Assembly: GCA_963813155.1 (NCBI GenBank)
Contig: CAWEYG010000001.1
Coordinates: forward strand, 320,001 to 384,000
DNA: 64,000 bases
Direction: 5' to 3'
Origin: an uncultured Acidobacteriota bacterium
GTDB taxonomy: Bacteria > Acidobacteriota > Thermoanaerobaculia > UBA5066 > DATFVB01
This document shows, one piece after another, positions 32,178 to 41,459 of the stretch. The notes below the pieces were generated by a model. The model was given only the letters and a program-made list of their open reading frames with translations, made no database searches and had not been told where the DNA came from. Within the stretch, counting starts at the first letter, position 1. The number at the start of each line of letters is the position of its first letter. Both the position numbers and the translations under genes were made by a program.

Positions 32178-32267
32178 ATCCCCTCCGTGTTTTCCCTAAC
32201 TATACGCGGAAAACTCCGGTTCGGATTTCGAGAATATCCCGGCCGATGAGCCTCGTGGATTCGATTT

Positions 32268-32582
32268 CTAGAGGGAGGCCAGAATGCCGGAATCCGAGTC
32301 CGCGGGCGCGGACGTCAGCGAGGCGACCGAGTCCGCGGTTTCTTCCGCGATCGAGAAGCCGTATCCGAGAGCCGCCGAAAAGATCAGAAGCGCGGCAGCC
32401 CATTTCCAGGACTGGAACGGCATTCGCTGCGGCTCCGAATCGGCGGGCAGGCCCCGCATCACCCGGACGACGAAATCGGCCGGCACCGCCGCCGGGGAGA
32501 GCGCGAACGCCGAGAGGCCGTCGAGCTCTTCGCCATGGCCTTCGCGCCGGGGGAACGGTTTCACGTTTCGAGGTTCTTTCAT
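32268..32582 (-). CDS. small single-TM protein, putative anti-sigma factor
   Basis: C-terminal 104 aa of long ORF 32268..36884 (MKEPRNV..VPADFVVRVM..WKWAAALLIFSAALGYG); ATGA overlap with sigma stop; GGAGG SD. Confidence 0.7.
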   Translation of the reverse strand: MKEPRNVKPFPRREGHGEELDGLSAFALSPAAVPADFVVRVMRGLPADSEPQRMPFQSWKWAAALLIFSAALGYGFSIAEETADSVASLTSAPADSDSGILASL

Positions 32583-33112
32583 GATCCCTCCATGAGTGCT
32601 TTCCTGACTTTCGTCCGCGCCCGGAACAGGCGCACACGGACGGCGACCGCGGTCATCTGGAGATCTCTCGCCACGTCGGCGACCGGCCGCCCGTCCGCCT
32701 TGAGCGCGAGGAGGATCTCCCGGTCGATCGGCGCCAGCTTCGCGAGCGCCCGATCCAGCCGGTTCCGGCTTTCCAGCCGCGCCTCTTCCCGGTCGGGCGC
32801 GGGCTCGGTCCCGCTCAGAGGAACTTCGATCCGGCGCCGGCGGACGATGTCGAGAGCGCAGCGAACCGAGATCCGGCGCAGCCAGCCGGCGAAATTCTGC
32901 TCCTCGCGGTAGAGAGGGAGGGCCCGATAAGCCTTCCAGAAGGCTTCCTGCGCTGCGTCTTCCGCGAGGCCGCGGTCCCGCGTGATGCGCAGCGCCGCGC
33001 CAATCGCCATTCCCGCGTGCCGGTGAACGAGCTGCTCGAACGCCCAGGCGTCGCCCTGCGCGGCCCGCGCGGCAAGATCGACATCCGGGGACGGAAGCAC
33101 GGAGCTCCGCAT
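32579..33112 (-). CDS. ECF RNA polymerase sigma factor
   Basis: GDAWAFEQLV, AEDAAQEAF, FAGWLRRI (region 2); VADVARDL..AVRVRLFRAR (region 4). Confidence 0.93.
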   Translation of the reverse strand: MRSSVLPSPDVDLAARAAQGDAWAFEQLVHRHAGMAIGAALRITRDRGLAEDAAQEAFWKAYRALPLYREEQNFAGWLRRISVRCALDIVRRRRIEVPLSGTEPAPDREEARLESRNRLDRALAKLAPIDREILLALKADGRPVADVARDLQMTAVAVRVRLFRARTKVRKALMEGS

Positions 33113-33619
33113 CTACTGCGTCGGCCCCGGATTCGACAGGAACTCGCCGAACGACGCCGCCAGCCGATCGCCCGGTCCCTGCAGAGGCTGGTGGAGAGCC
33201 TCGAGCTTCTGCTTCTGATCGTCGTTGAGGATCGGAAGGATTTCCGCCCGGATCTGCGCCCGCAGGACGGCGCCGTCGCCTTCGGCCTGGCCGAGCGCCG
33301 CCGCCTTCGCCCGAATCGAGCCTTCGTCGATGGGAGTCGCGGAGATCGCTGTCCGAAGGTCCTGGCGGGCCTTCCTCGATGCCTGGATCTGACCGACGAT
33401 CGCGTCCTTGTGGGTCCGAAGAACGCCCTTGACCTGCTCGCGCTGGGAATCCGACAGGTCCAGCCGGTTGGCGACCCTGTTGAACATCCGCTGGACCGAC
33501 AGGTGCCGGCCTCCGGACAGGGGGCCCGCGGCCATGCGGCCCGCCCAGACGCCGCCCGCCAGGATCAGGCCCGCGGCGACGGTGGCGAATGCCGATTTTC
33601 GAAGTGTTTGAACGCTCAT
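33113..33619 (-). CDS. Spy/CpxP family periplasmic protein
   Basis: Signal peptide; LDLSDSQR and ILNDDQK (LTxxQ-like) motifs. Confidence 0.85.
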   Translation of the reverse strand: MSVQTLRKSAFATVAAGLILAGGVWAGRMAAGPLSGGRHLSVQRMFNRVANRLDLSDSQREQVKGVLRTHKDAIVGQIQASRKARQDLRTAISATPIDEGSIRAKAAALGQAEGDGAVLRAQIRAEILPILNDDQKQKLEALHQPLQGPGDRLAASFGEFLSNPGPTQ

Positions 33620-33657
33620 CTGGCTCCTCCCGAGGGCTCTTCGCCCGTACCCTGAGG

Positions 33658-33684
33658 AACGAGCGGGAGCCGAAAAAGGTTACA
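33658..33684 (-). promoter_or_regulatory. putative ECF sigma promoter (TGTAAC-N17-CGTT)
   Basis: Matches the generic ECF AAC/CGT layout, upstream of the spy-sigma-antisigma unit. Confidence 0.55.
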
Positions 33685-35917
33685 TGCCGGCCGAGAAGGG
33701 CGCGATCTCGATCCCCGAATAGTAATGCCTCAGGATCTGGTCGTACGTCGTCCCGGCGAGCGCCATCCCATAGGCGCCGTTCTGACAAAGACCCACGCCG
33801 TGGCCCCAGCCGCGCCCCACGAACACGAATTCGGCCGAACCATCCGGGGCCGAGGCCTTCGAAACCGTGAAGATCAATTCCGGCAGCTCGAGCGCCTGGC
33901 GCAGCTCGAATCCCTGAAGGACGAGCCGCGAGCGGTCGGTGGCGATCGCCGCTTCGAGCACGCGCGAAGAAGCCGAACGGCGGGTCACCGCGATTTCCCG
34001 AACTTCGCTTCCCGGCGTCCGGGCCGCGATCCGAAGCATCAACTCCTTCGACGAGATCCGCCGGATCCACTCGGTCCAGGCGGACTGGTTCTCGAAGGTC
34101 GCGCCTCCGGTCGCATACTCGACCGCGAACCCCAGCACGCGAGATCCGCGCTTCCAGAAGACCACGGGATCTCCCGACCGCAGGGCGATCTCCGACGCCG
34201 GCGAAAACCGTCCCCCGATCCGGCGCGCGAGCCAGAGAGAAGCGTCCGCTTCGAGCGTGCTCGTTCCGGAGGGAGTCTTCACGAGAAGATGCCCCCCGTC
34301 CCGGCGCGCGAAACGGCCCGTGACCTCCTGAACGCCCCCGACCCGTACGGCGACCGACAGCAGGAGCCCGGCGAATTCGAGCTCCGAAATCCGGGATCCG
34401 GGAGGCGGCAGGACCGCATCGCCCGCGAGCTTCAGCCGAAGGAACGCCTCGTAGGCCGCGCGGGGCCCGGGCGCGAGGCCGGCGAGAGGGTCGGGAGGGC
34501 CGGCGTCGTACGATCGGTCCAGCGCGGTCGACTCGAGGTCGCGGGCCTCGCCGAGACGGAACGCCGAGACGATCGCGGGATACACCGCCGACCCAACCAG
34601 CTCTGCGGGAGGCGCGGTGGAATTCGGAAATCCCGCGAGCGCGAGCGCGGCGCCCCAGACCTCGCGCCGGCTCGCCGGCCGATGCCGCGCGCCGGAGATC
34701 CGCTCGAGAATCTCGCCGCGCCATTCCAGGAGAGTGAGGGCGAGGGGACGCTCGCGCCGCGGCCGCGGGGCGCCGACGAGAATGGTTTTTTCCTGCTCCC
34801 CGCACACGACACCGCGGAGCGCGGAGTCGCTCATCGAGGGAAACACGTCCTCGACGTTCTCGGTGTGCCCGCCGCACGTCGAGGCAAAGAGAGCGTGGAT
34901 GAGCTTTGCCGGCTTCCCGGATTTGTCGGGCTCGCCGCCCTCGACCGCGACGAGGCCCCGGGTCCGCTCGACCGCGGCGTCGGACAGCGGATCTTCCGAG
35001 TCGACGCCGCCGTAGACCTGGCACTTCGGCGTCGCGCAGAGATCGTAGCCCTCGGCTTCGAATCCTCCCCGGTTCGCCAGCGCGTAGGTCCGCGCGGCGA
35101 CCGCCTGGGCCTTGAGCGCTTCGATCTCGTCGAAGCGCTTCGGGCCCATCTCGGCGGGAACGACGCCGCGAAGATAGTCCTCGACGTTCACGACGTCGAT
35201 CACGTTCAAAGTCCCCCGCCGGTTCAGGGCGACGCGCAGCCGGCCCCGGTACTTCTTGCCCCGCAGCTCCACGAACGACGAAGCGTCCGGCGGGACGATC
35301 TCGACCGCGGACGCCGCGAGCGTCCTGTCGGCCCCCGATTCGTCCCGAAGGGAGAGGCCCGAAGACGGCGCCGCCTCCGTCACGACGAACGGGGACCGGC
35401 CGCCGGACGCGAGCCTCTGCGCGGCGGACGCGGCGGCGGCCGGATCGGCGAACTCGCCGAGCCGGACCAGGTACAGCCCTTTTTCCGCGGAGAAGACGAC
35501 CGAAGAAGGGAGGCCGGCCTCGGCCGACATCCCGTCCGCGATCTTCTTCGCCGAAGACTCCTCCGAGAAGGCTCCCACCTGGACGCGCGAGACCGCCGCT
35601 CCCCCGACCGGCCGAACCGCGAGGGGACCGCGCAGCACGAGAGTCTCCGCGCCCGAGAGAACGGTCCACGGCATTCCGCGCGCGGGAAGGAGAAATTCCG
35701 GCTGATCGCTCGCGAGCCCGATCCGAAGAACGGGCGCCGAGGGGGCCGGGATCGTGGAAGCGGCGGGAACCTGCGAGCCGGCCCCGGCCGGAGGCATCGC
35801 GGATTTCGGACTCCCCTCCTTCTTCGAGGCGGGACCGGAGACGCACGCGGCTCCGAACAGCGCGAGCAGAAAGAGCCAGATCCTCACGGTCGAAAACCTT
35901 TGCAGGATCGGAGCCAA
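33680..35917 (-). CDS. SpoIID/LytB domain lipoprotein with SPOR domain
   Basis: Lipobox-like GAAC; SPOR VQVGAFS; EDYLRGVVPAEM, LKAQAVAARTYA, CQVY, GWGHGVGLCQ.GA. Confidence 0.9.
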   Translation of the reverse strand: MAPILQRFSTVRIWLFLLALFGAACVSGPASKKEGSPKSAMPPAGAGSQVPAASTIPAPSAPVLRIGLASDQPEFLLPARGMPWTVLSGAETLVLRGPLAVRPVGGAAVSRVQVGAFSEESSAKKIADGMSAEAGLPSSVVFSAEKGLYLVRLGEFADPAAAASAAQRLASGGRSPFVVTEAAPSSGLSLRDESGADRTLAASAVEIVPPDASSFVELRGKKYRGRLRVALNRRGTLNVIDVVNVEDYLRGVVPAEMGPKRFDEIEALKAQAVAARTYALANRGGFEAEGYDLCATPKCQVYGGVDSEDPLSDAAVERTRGLVAVEGGEPDKSGKPAKLIHALFASTCGGHTENVEDVFPSMSDSALRGVVCGEQEKTILVGAPRPRRERPLALTLLEWRGEILERISGARHRPASRREVWGAALALAGFPNSTAPPAELVGSAVYPAIVSAFRLGEARDLESTALDRSYDAGPPDPLAGLAPGPRAAYEAFLRLKLAGDAVLPPPGSRISELEFAGLLLSVAVRVGGVQEVTGRFARRDGGHLLVKTPSGTSTLEADASLWLARRIGGRFSPASEIALRSGDPVVFWKRGSRVLGFAVEYATGGATFENQSAWTEWIRRISSKELMLRIAARTPGSEVREIAVTRRSASSRVLEAAIATDRSRLVLQGFELRQALELPELIFTVSKASAPDGSAEFVFVGRGWGHGVGLCQNGAYGMALAGTTYDQILRHYYSGIEIAPFSAGM

Positions 35918-36704
35918 CTACTTTCTTTTCAAGTGCGGAGGGCGGGGGGCGAAATTCGAAGAGCGGTGGTCCGCCTTGAGGACCTGTAGCCTGTAGTCGT
36001 CGCCATCCGGACCTCGACGTTCGTGCACATTTCGTGGAGCCGGCTCCGAAGTCGATAGCCGATCCGGTCCTCGAGTTTTCGCGTCCCTTTCCGTCGGCGG
36101 GAGCGTCCATGAAATTTGACGTCGCGATCGTGATTCGTTTTTGGTTGTATCTCGTGTTGAGCAGCGCGTACAGCATGTCTCGCGCAAATTCCGACGGTTT
36201 CGTCGCACCGAGCTCGTCGAGCACGAGTAGCTCCACGTCGGTGTAAGGCGTGATGACGTCTTCTTTGGATTCGAAGAATCGCTCTTGAACGTCGACTGGA
36301 TCTTCATGAGGAGATCGGCGAAATTCGACGTACAGGGCCGGACGGCCCTTCGATCGGCGTGACTGTAACGTAAGGATCGCGATCACCAAGTGGGTCTTGC
36401 CGATTCCGGAGTTCCCGAGAACAGCAAGCCGGAATCGACGTGGGGTAAAGATCCGCGAATTCGTCGCAATCGCTTTTGCTTTCGCGCCGGAAGCCACTGG
36501 TGCGGCTTCGAGGCGAGCGGAACTTCTCGAGGTCTGGAAGGAACAGTCTCGGTAGCGTTCGGGAATGTCCGCCGACTCCACTTCGCGATCCTCGCGATCA
36601 CTTTTCCGGCATCCGCACTCGCTCGCGAACCGTTGACCGCGCTCCTCGCGCAGGAGCCAGCCCGACCCGTTGCAGAGGGAACAAGAGTTCTCGACAGCCG
36701 CCAT
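35918..36704 (-). pseudogene. DnaC/DnaI/IstB-like AAA+ ATPase with N-terminal Zn-binding motif; many frameshifts (assembly error or decay)
   Basis: CSLCNGSGW..CGC, IPERY, GNSGIGKTHL, LLVLDELG, RYN..TIATSN; pieces (PHVDSGLLF, MKIQSTF, DGDDYR) fall in different frames. Confidence 0.75.
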
Positions 36705-36735
36705 TTCCGGCATTTTAGACCCTCCGTCTGCTAAC

Positions 36736-37572
36736 ATGTCACCTCTATTGCCGTCCAAGGGACCCATCCTCGCCGTCGGCGGGGCCGAAGACAAGTTCGA
36801 CAGGCGAATCATTCTCTCCCGATTCGTTCGCGAGGCCGGAGGCTCCGACGCGCGGATCGCGATCCTTCCGACCGCCTCCACCATTCCCGACCGGCGCGCG
36901 AGCTTTTACCAGGAAGTGTTCGCCGCGCTCGGCGCCGGAGAATCGTTCGGCGTTCCGATCACCGACCGGGAGGAGGCGCAATCGCCCGCACACGCCGAAG
37001 CGCTGCTTTCCGCGACGGGAATCTTCATGACGGGCGGCGACCAGACCCGGCTCGTGTCGATGCTTTCCACGACGCCCGCCCTCGAAGCGATCCGCCGGCG
37101 TCTTCGCGGCGGCACCGTGCTCGCCGGCACATCGGCCGCGGCTTCGGCTTTTTCCGCCACGATGATCACCGGCGGAGGGACGGGCCTGAGCGTGCGGCCC
37201 GACACCGTGGAGCTCGGACGGGGGTTCGGCGTCCTTCCCGACCTGATCATCGATCAGCATTTTTCGCAGCGCGAACGCCTCGGGCGCCTGCTCTCGGCCG
37301 TCGGCCGGGAACCGCAGAGGCTTGGAGTCGGAATCGACGAGGATACGGCGATCGTCGTCTCTCGGGGCGAGGTCGAAATCCTCGGGTCGGGGCAGGTGTA
37401 CTTCCTCGACGCCTCTCACCTCGCGGCCAACGGATTCGAGCAAGGCGCCGGGCCGCGTCCGTTCACCCTGTCGGAGATCACGATGCACGTCCTCGTCGAA
37501 GGCGACCGCTTCGACCCGCGCACCCGCCGCCTCCTTCCCCGGAAGCTTCCCGCGGAACCTCTCCCGTCCTGA
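36736..37572 (+). CDS. cphB: cyanophycinase (peptidase S51)
   Basis: VGGAEDK, PTAS, FMTGGDQ.RL, GTSAAA, IDQHF.QR.RLGRL, GIDEDTA; directly upstream of cphA; start uncertain. Confidence 0.92.
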   Translation: MSPLLPSKGPILAVGGAEDKFDRRIILSRFVREAGGSDARIAILPTASTIPDRRASFYQEVFAALGAGESFGVPITDREEAQSPAHAEALLSATGIFMTGGDQTRLVSMLSTTPALEAIRRRLRGGTVLAGTSAAASAFSATMITGGGTGLSVRPDTVELGRGFGVLPDLIIDQHFSQRERLGRLLSAVGREPQRLGVGIDEDTAIVVSRGEVEILGSGQVYFLDASHLAANGFEQGAGPRPFTLSEITMHVLVEGDRFDPRTRRLLPRKLPAEPLPS

Positions 37573-37614
37573 TCGGGGGGCCGGTCCGGACGTTGTAGAC
37601 TTCTCTCAAAACCC

Positions 37615-40251
37615 ATGCCCGAGCCGCGCATTCGACTGCTGGAGACTCTCGTCCTCAAAGGGCCGAACTACTGGTCCTACCGGCCGTGCGTGTGGATGCG
37701 GATCGATCTCGGCCGCTACGAGGAGCGGCCAACCGACAAGCTCCCGGGCTTCGAAGAGCGCCTCCTTTCGCTCCTCCCGTCGCTCGACGAGCACCATTGC
37801 TCGGAAGGCGCCCCGGGAGGATTTCTGAAGCGCATCCGCGAGGGTACCTGGCTCGGGCACGTCGCCGAGCACGTCGCCATCGAGATCCAGAACCGAATCG
37901 GAATTTCCGTCAGCTTCGGGCGAACCCGCGAGACGCGGAGCCGCGGCGTCTACAACATGGTTTACGAGATGGAGGAAGAACGGGTCGGGATTCGCGCCGG
38001 CAAGCTCGCCCTGGACGTCGTCGAGGCGTGCGCCGAGGACGAGGTTCGGGGACTCGACTTCGAGGACCGGATCGAAGCGCTCGCGCGACTGCGCGACAAA
38101 GCCGCGCTTGGCCCTTCGACGCGAGCGATCGTGGAGAAGGCGGCGGCCCGGGGCATCCCCCACCTGCGTTTGAACGAGAAGTCGTTCGTGATGCTCGGAA
38201 CGGGCATCCACCAGAAACGGATCCAGGCCACGATCGCCTCGACGACGCCGCACCTCGGGGTCGAGATCGCCGGCGACAAGGACCTGACCAAACGGCTCCT
38301 CTCCGAGCACGGCGTGCCGGTTCCCAAGGGGTTCATCGCCGAGGACGAGGACGACGCGGTCGACATCGCGGCCAAACTCGGCTGGCCGGTCGTCGTCAAG
38401 CCGCTCGACGCCTCGCACGGCCGCGGGATCCTGACGAACATCCGAACGGAGGAAGAGCTGCGCCGCGCGTACGGCGACGCGCTCGGCATCCGGGACGAGG
38501 TCATCGTCGAGCGGTTTCTCGAGGGCTCGGACTTCCGGTTCGTCGTCGTGAACGGCAAGTTCATCTGCGCGGCCCAGCGGATTCCGGCGTCCGTCGTCGG
38601 GGACGGCAAACGGACGCTGGCCGAGCTCGTCGAGGAAGCGAACCGCGACCCGCGCCGGGGAATCGGACACGAGAAGGTCCTGACGAAGATCGAGCTCGAC
38701 GACCTTTCGCTCGCGTTCCTCGCGCGGAGAGGACTCGACGCCGCCTCGGTTCCCGCGGCGGGAGAGACGGTCGGCCTCAAATCGACCGCGAACCTGTCGA
38801 CCGGAGGAATCTCCCGCGACGTGACCGATCTCGTGCATCCCTCCAACGTGCAACTCGTCGAGCGAATCGCGCGTATCGTCGGCCTCGACATCGCGGGCAT
38901 CGACGTCGTCTCGCCAACGGTTGAAAAGCCGATCGCGGAGGTCGGCGGCGGGGTCGTCGAGGTGAACGCGGCTCCGGGTTTCCGGATGCACGTCTCCCCC
39001 TCGGAGGGAACGCCGAGGGACGTCGCGGGAGCCGTCGTCGACATGCTCTTCCCCCCGGGGACCCCGTCGCGCATTCCGATCGTCTCGATCACGGGAACCA
39101 ACGGGAAGACGACGACGACGCGGCTCATCGCGCACATTGCGCGCTACGCCGGCGAACACGTGGGGTTCACGACGACCGAGGGCGTCTACATCGGAAGCGA
39201 ACAGATCATCAAGGGCGATTGCACCGGCCCGTCCTCCGCCCACGCGGTTCTCCGCGATCCGACGGTCTCCTTCGCGGCCCTCGAGACCGCCCGCGGCGGG
39301 CTGCTCCGATTCGGCCTCGGGTACGACTGGTCGAACGTCGGCGTCGTGACGAACGTGGCGGCCGACCACCTCGGCCTGCGCGACATCGAAACGCTGGAAG
39401 ACCTGGCGCGCGCCAAGTCGCTCGTGACCGAGCGCGTCTTTCCGGAAGGCACGGCCGTCCTCAACGCGGAGGACGAATGGGCGGAATGGATGGCGGACCG
39501 CACGAAGGCCCGCATCGCCTATTTCTCTCTCGACCCGCAGAACGAAGCGTTCCGGCGGCACGTCGAGTCCGGCGGCCTCGGCGCCGTCATGGACCGCTAC
39601 GACACGCTCTGCTTCTATCGCGCGACGGTGCGAATCCCCATCGTTCACGCGCGGCAGATCCCGATCACGTTCGACGGAAAGGCTCGTTTCAACATCGCGA
39701 ATGCGCTCGCCGCCGCGCTCGCGGCGTTTGCCGCGGGAATCGAGCTCGACGACATCAAGAACGCCCTGACGACGTTCCACCCGACGCCGTTCCAGGCGCC
39801 GGGCCGCGCGAACGTGTACGAGTTTCGCGATTTCCGCGTCATGGTCGACTACTGCCACAACGCGCACGCGATGGCGACGGTGGCCCCGTTTCTTTCGGCG
39901 ATGAAGCGGGCGCGCCTGATCGGCGTCCTGAATTCCCCCGGCGACCGCCGAAACGAAGACTACGACGACATGGCCCGCCTCTCGGCGCCGCACTTCGACC
40001 ACATCCTCCTGCGCGACGACGAGGACCTGCGCGGCCGGGAACCGGGAGAAGTCTCGCGCCGCCTCCGCGACGGACTGCTCAAGTACGGGATGAAGCCGGA
40101 TCAGATCGAGACCGTCAAGAACGAATCGGAGGCGGTGCGCCACGCGCTCGCGATCGCGAAACGGGACGACCTCGTCGCGATCTTCGCGGACCGGATCTCG
40201 AAAGTCGCCGCCCAGATCGACTTCGAGCGGCAGAAGGAAACGCGGGCGTAG
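37615..40251 (+). CDS. cphA: cyanophycin synthetase CphA1
   Basis: GPNYWS, GHVAEHVA, LGPST, ATP-grasp VVKPLD, ANLSTGG, EVNAAPGFRMH, ITGTNGKTTT, ETARGG, DYCHN; 878 aa. Confidence 0.97.
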   Translation: MPEPRIRLLETLVLKGPNYWSYRPCVWMRIDLGRYEERPTDKLPGFEERLLSLLPSLDEHHCSEGAPGGFLKRIREGTWLGHVAEHVAIEIQNRIGISVSFGRTRETRSRGVYNMVYEMEEERVGIRAGKLALDVVEACAEDEVRGLDFEDRIEALARLRDKAALGPSTRAIVEKAAARGIPHLRLNEKSFVMLGTGIHQKRIQATIASTTPHLGVEIAGDKDLTKRLLSEHGVPVPKGFIAEDEDDAVDIAAKLGWPVVVKPLDASHGRGILTNIRTEEELRRAYGDALGIRDEVIVERFLEGSDFRFVVVNGKFICAAQRIPASVVGDGKRTLAELVEEANRDPRRGIGHEKVLTKIELDDLSLAFLARRGLDAASVPAAGETVGLKSTANLSTGGISRDVTDLVHPSNVQLVERIARIVGLDIAGIDVVSPTVEKPIAEVGGGVVEVNAAPGFRMHVSPSEGTPRDVAGAVVDMLFPPGTPSRIPIVSITGTNGKTTTTRLIAHIARYAGEHVGFTTTEGVYIGSEQIIKGDCTGPSSAHAVLRDPTVSFAALETARGGLLRFGLGYDWSNVGVVTNVAADHLGLRDIETLEDLARAKSLVTERVFPEGTAVLNAEDEWAEWMADRTKARIAYFSLDPQNEAFRRHVESGGLGAVMDRYDTLCFYRATVRIPIVHARQIPITFDGKARFNIANALAAALAAFAAGIELDDIKNALTTFHPTPFQAPGRANVYEFRDFRVMVDYCHNAHAMATVAPFLSAMKRARLIGVLNSPGDRRNEDYDDMARLSAPHFDHILLRDDEDLRGREPGEVSRRLRDGLLKYGMKPDQIETVKNESEAVRHALAIAKRDDLVAIFADRISKVAAQIDFERQKETRA

Positions 40252-40257
40252 AAGCCG

Positions 40258-41388
40258 CTACTTCGGCTCTTCGTACCCTGGCCGGGCGAAGACCCGGACG
40301 CCCTTTCGCTCGACCCTGACCTCCAGACGATGAAACTTCCCGGGGTGTCCGTGCGGTTTCGCCGGAAAGCTCAGAACATAGACGACCCGCGTCGCGTCGA
40401 GCACGCGCTGAAGCTGGCCGGTGAAATCGTTGGAGTTCGCCACGAACTGCCCGCTCGTCTCCGAGGCCATCGTGTACAGCACCTCCTGCGAACTTCCCAT
40501 TTGCGCGGTCGTGCCCTCGGCCGCCTCGCGCAATCCCGCGACGTCCACTGAGTGGAGAACGCAGTCGCTGCGCTTCAAGTCCTCGAGCGCGCTCTTGAGC
40601 GGCCCGAGAACCGAGGTGCCGTTGACCATCATGTCGAACCCGTGAGAGAAGAAAATGATCTGCTTCCGGCCGTCGATCTTCTTGAACGCCCGGGCGAGCC
40701 GCCCGAGCGTCTCGATCAGCTGCTGCATTCTCTTCGCGTCGAGCGCGTGCCCCGACTGCTGCATCAGCCGCATTTCCGAACCCGAGAACGCGCTCCCCTT
40801 GCTGCCCTGGGTGTTCTCCTCGTCCGAGATCGTCACGGTCGGTCTTGGGAGGGCCGCGGGCAGCGTCAGTTCGTCGAGGCCCTTCTCGAGCTCGGCGCGA
40901 TCCCGCGTGAATCCCTTCATGAACGATGCGCCGCTCTGGACCGAGAGAGACCCCACGCTGGCGATGTCCTGATCGCCGAGCTGTTCGGCGACGAAACGGT
41001 TCGCGGCCGCACGCGCCCGCGAGAATTCCGGAGGCGTCGTGTACGAGAGGTCGAACAGCAGAAGGAAGCGGCGCATCGCGGCGGGGTTGACGCTCGCGGC
41101 CGGCCCGGGATGGGATGTCGAGTCCGCCGTTTCTCCGGGCGAAGAGAACTCGGTCACGTCCATGGCCTCCGGATGGATCTCCTCGCCGTCGTCGAAAACC
41201 CGGAAGTCGGAGAGCTGCAGCCCACGAACCGGCGCACCAGCCGAATCGAGAACGTTCACCGGCACCTGAACGAGCGAGACACCGACGGATTCCGCGACGG
41301 GCGGCACCGACGTCTGAGCTTCGCCCGAGAGGGAGACGAGCAGCCCCGCGGCCGCCAGGAGAATCACGCTCGGAACTCGTCCCCTCAT
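40258..41388 (-). CDS. secreted VWA domain protein (acidobacterial VWFA-related type)
   Basis: Signal peptide; VQVPVNVLD..PVRGL...DFRVFDDG; LLLFDLS; GRKQIIFFSHG; YVLSF..GKFHRLEVRV..ARPGY. Confidence 0.88.
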   Translation of the reverse strand: MRGRVPSVILLAAAGLLVSLSGEAQTSVPPVAESVGVSLVQVPVNVLDSAGAPVRGLQLSDFRVFDDGEEIHPEAMDVTEFSSPGETADSTSHPGPAASVNPAAMRRFLLLFDLSYTTPPEFSRARAAANRFVAEQLGDQDIASVGSLSVQSGASFMKGFTRDRAELEKGLDELTLPAALPRPTVTISDEENTQGSKGSAFSGSEMRLMQQSGHALDAKRMQQLIETLGRLARAFKKIDGRKQIIFFSHGFDMMVNGTSVLGPLKSALEDLKRSDCVLHSVDVAGLREAAEGTTAQMGSSQEVLYTMASETSGQFVANSNDFTGQLQRVLDATRVVYVLSFPAKPHGHPGKFHRLEVRVERKGVRVFARPGYEEPK

Positions 41389-41459
41389 CGAGATCGAATC
41401 GTACATCGGTTCGGAAGGCGGCGGCACCCCTTGCCGGGATGCCGCCGGTCCGAATTTGC

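Noticed and set aside
35918-36704. IS21 element or prophage remnant
   Set aside because: No istA, terminal inverted repeats, integrase or other phage genes nearby
32268-36884. 1538-aa minus-strand ORF
   Set aside because: Chance read-through joining DnaC-like fragments, off-frame SpoIID/Spy/sigma sequence and the anti-sigma gene
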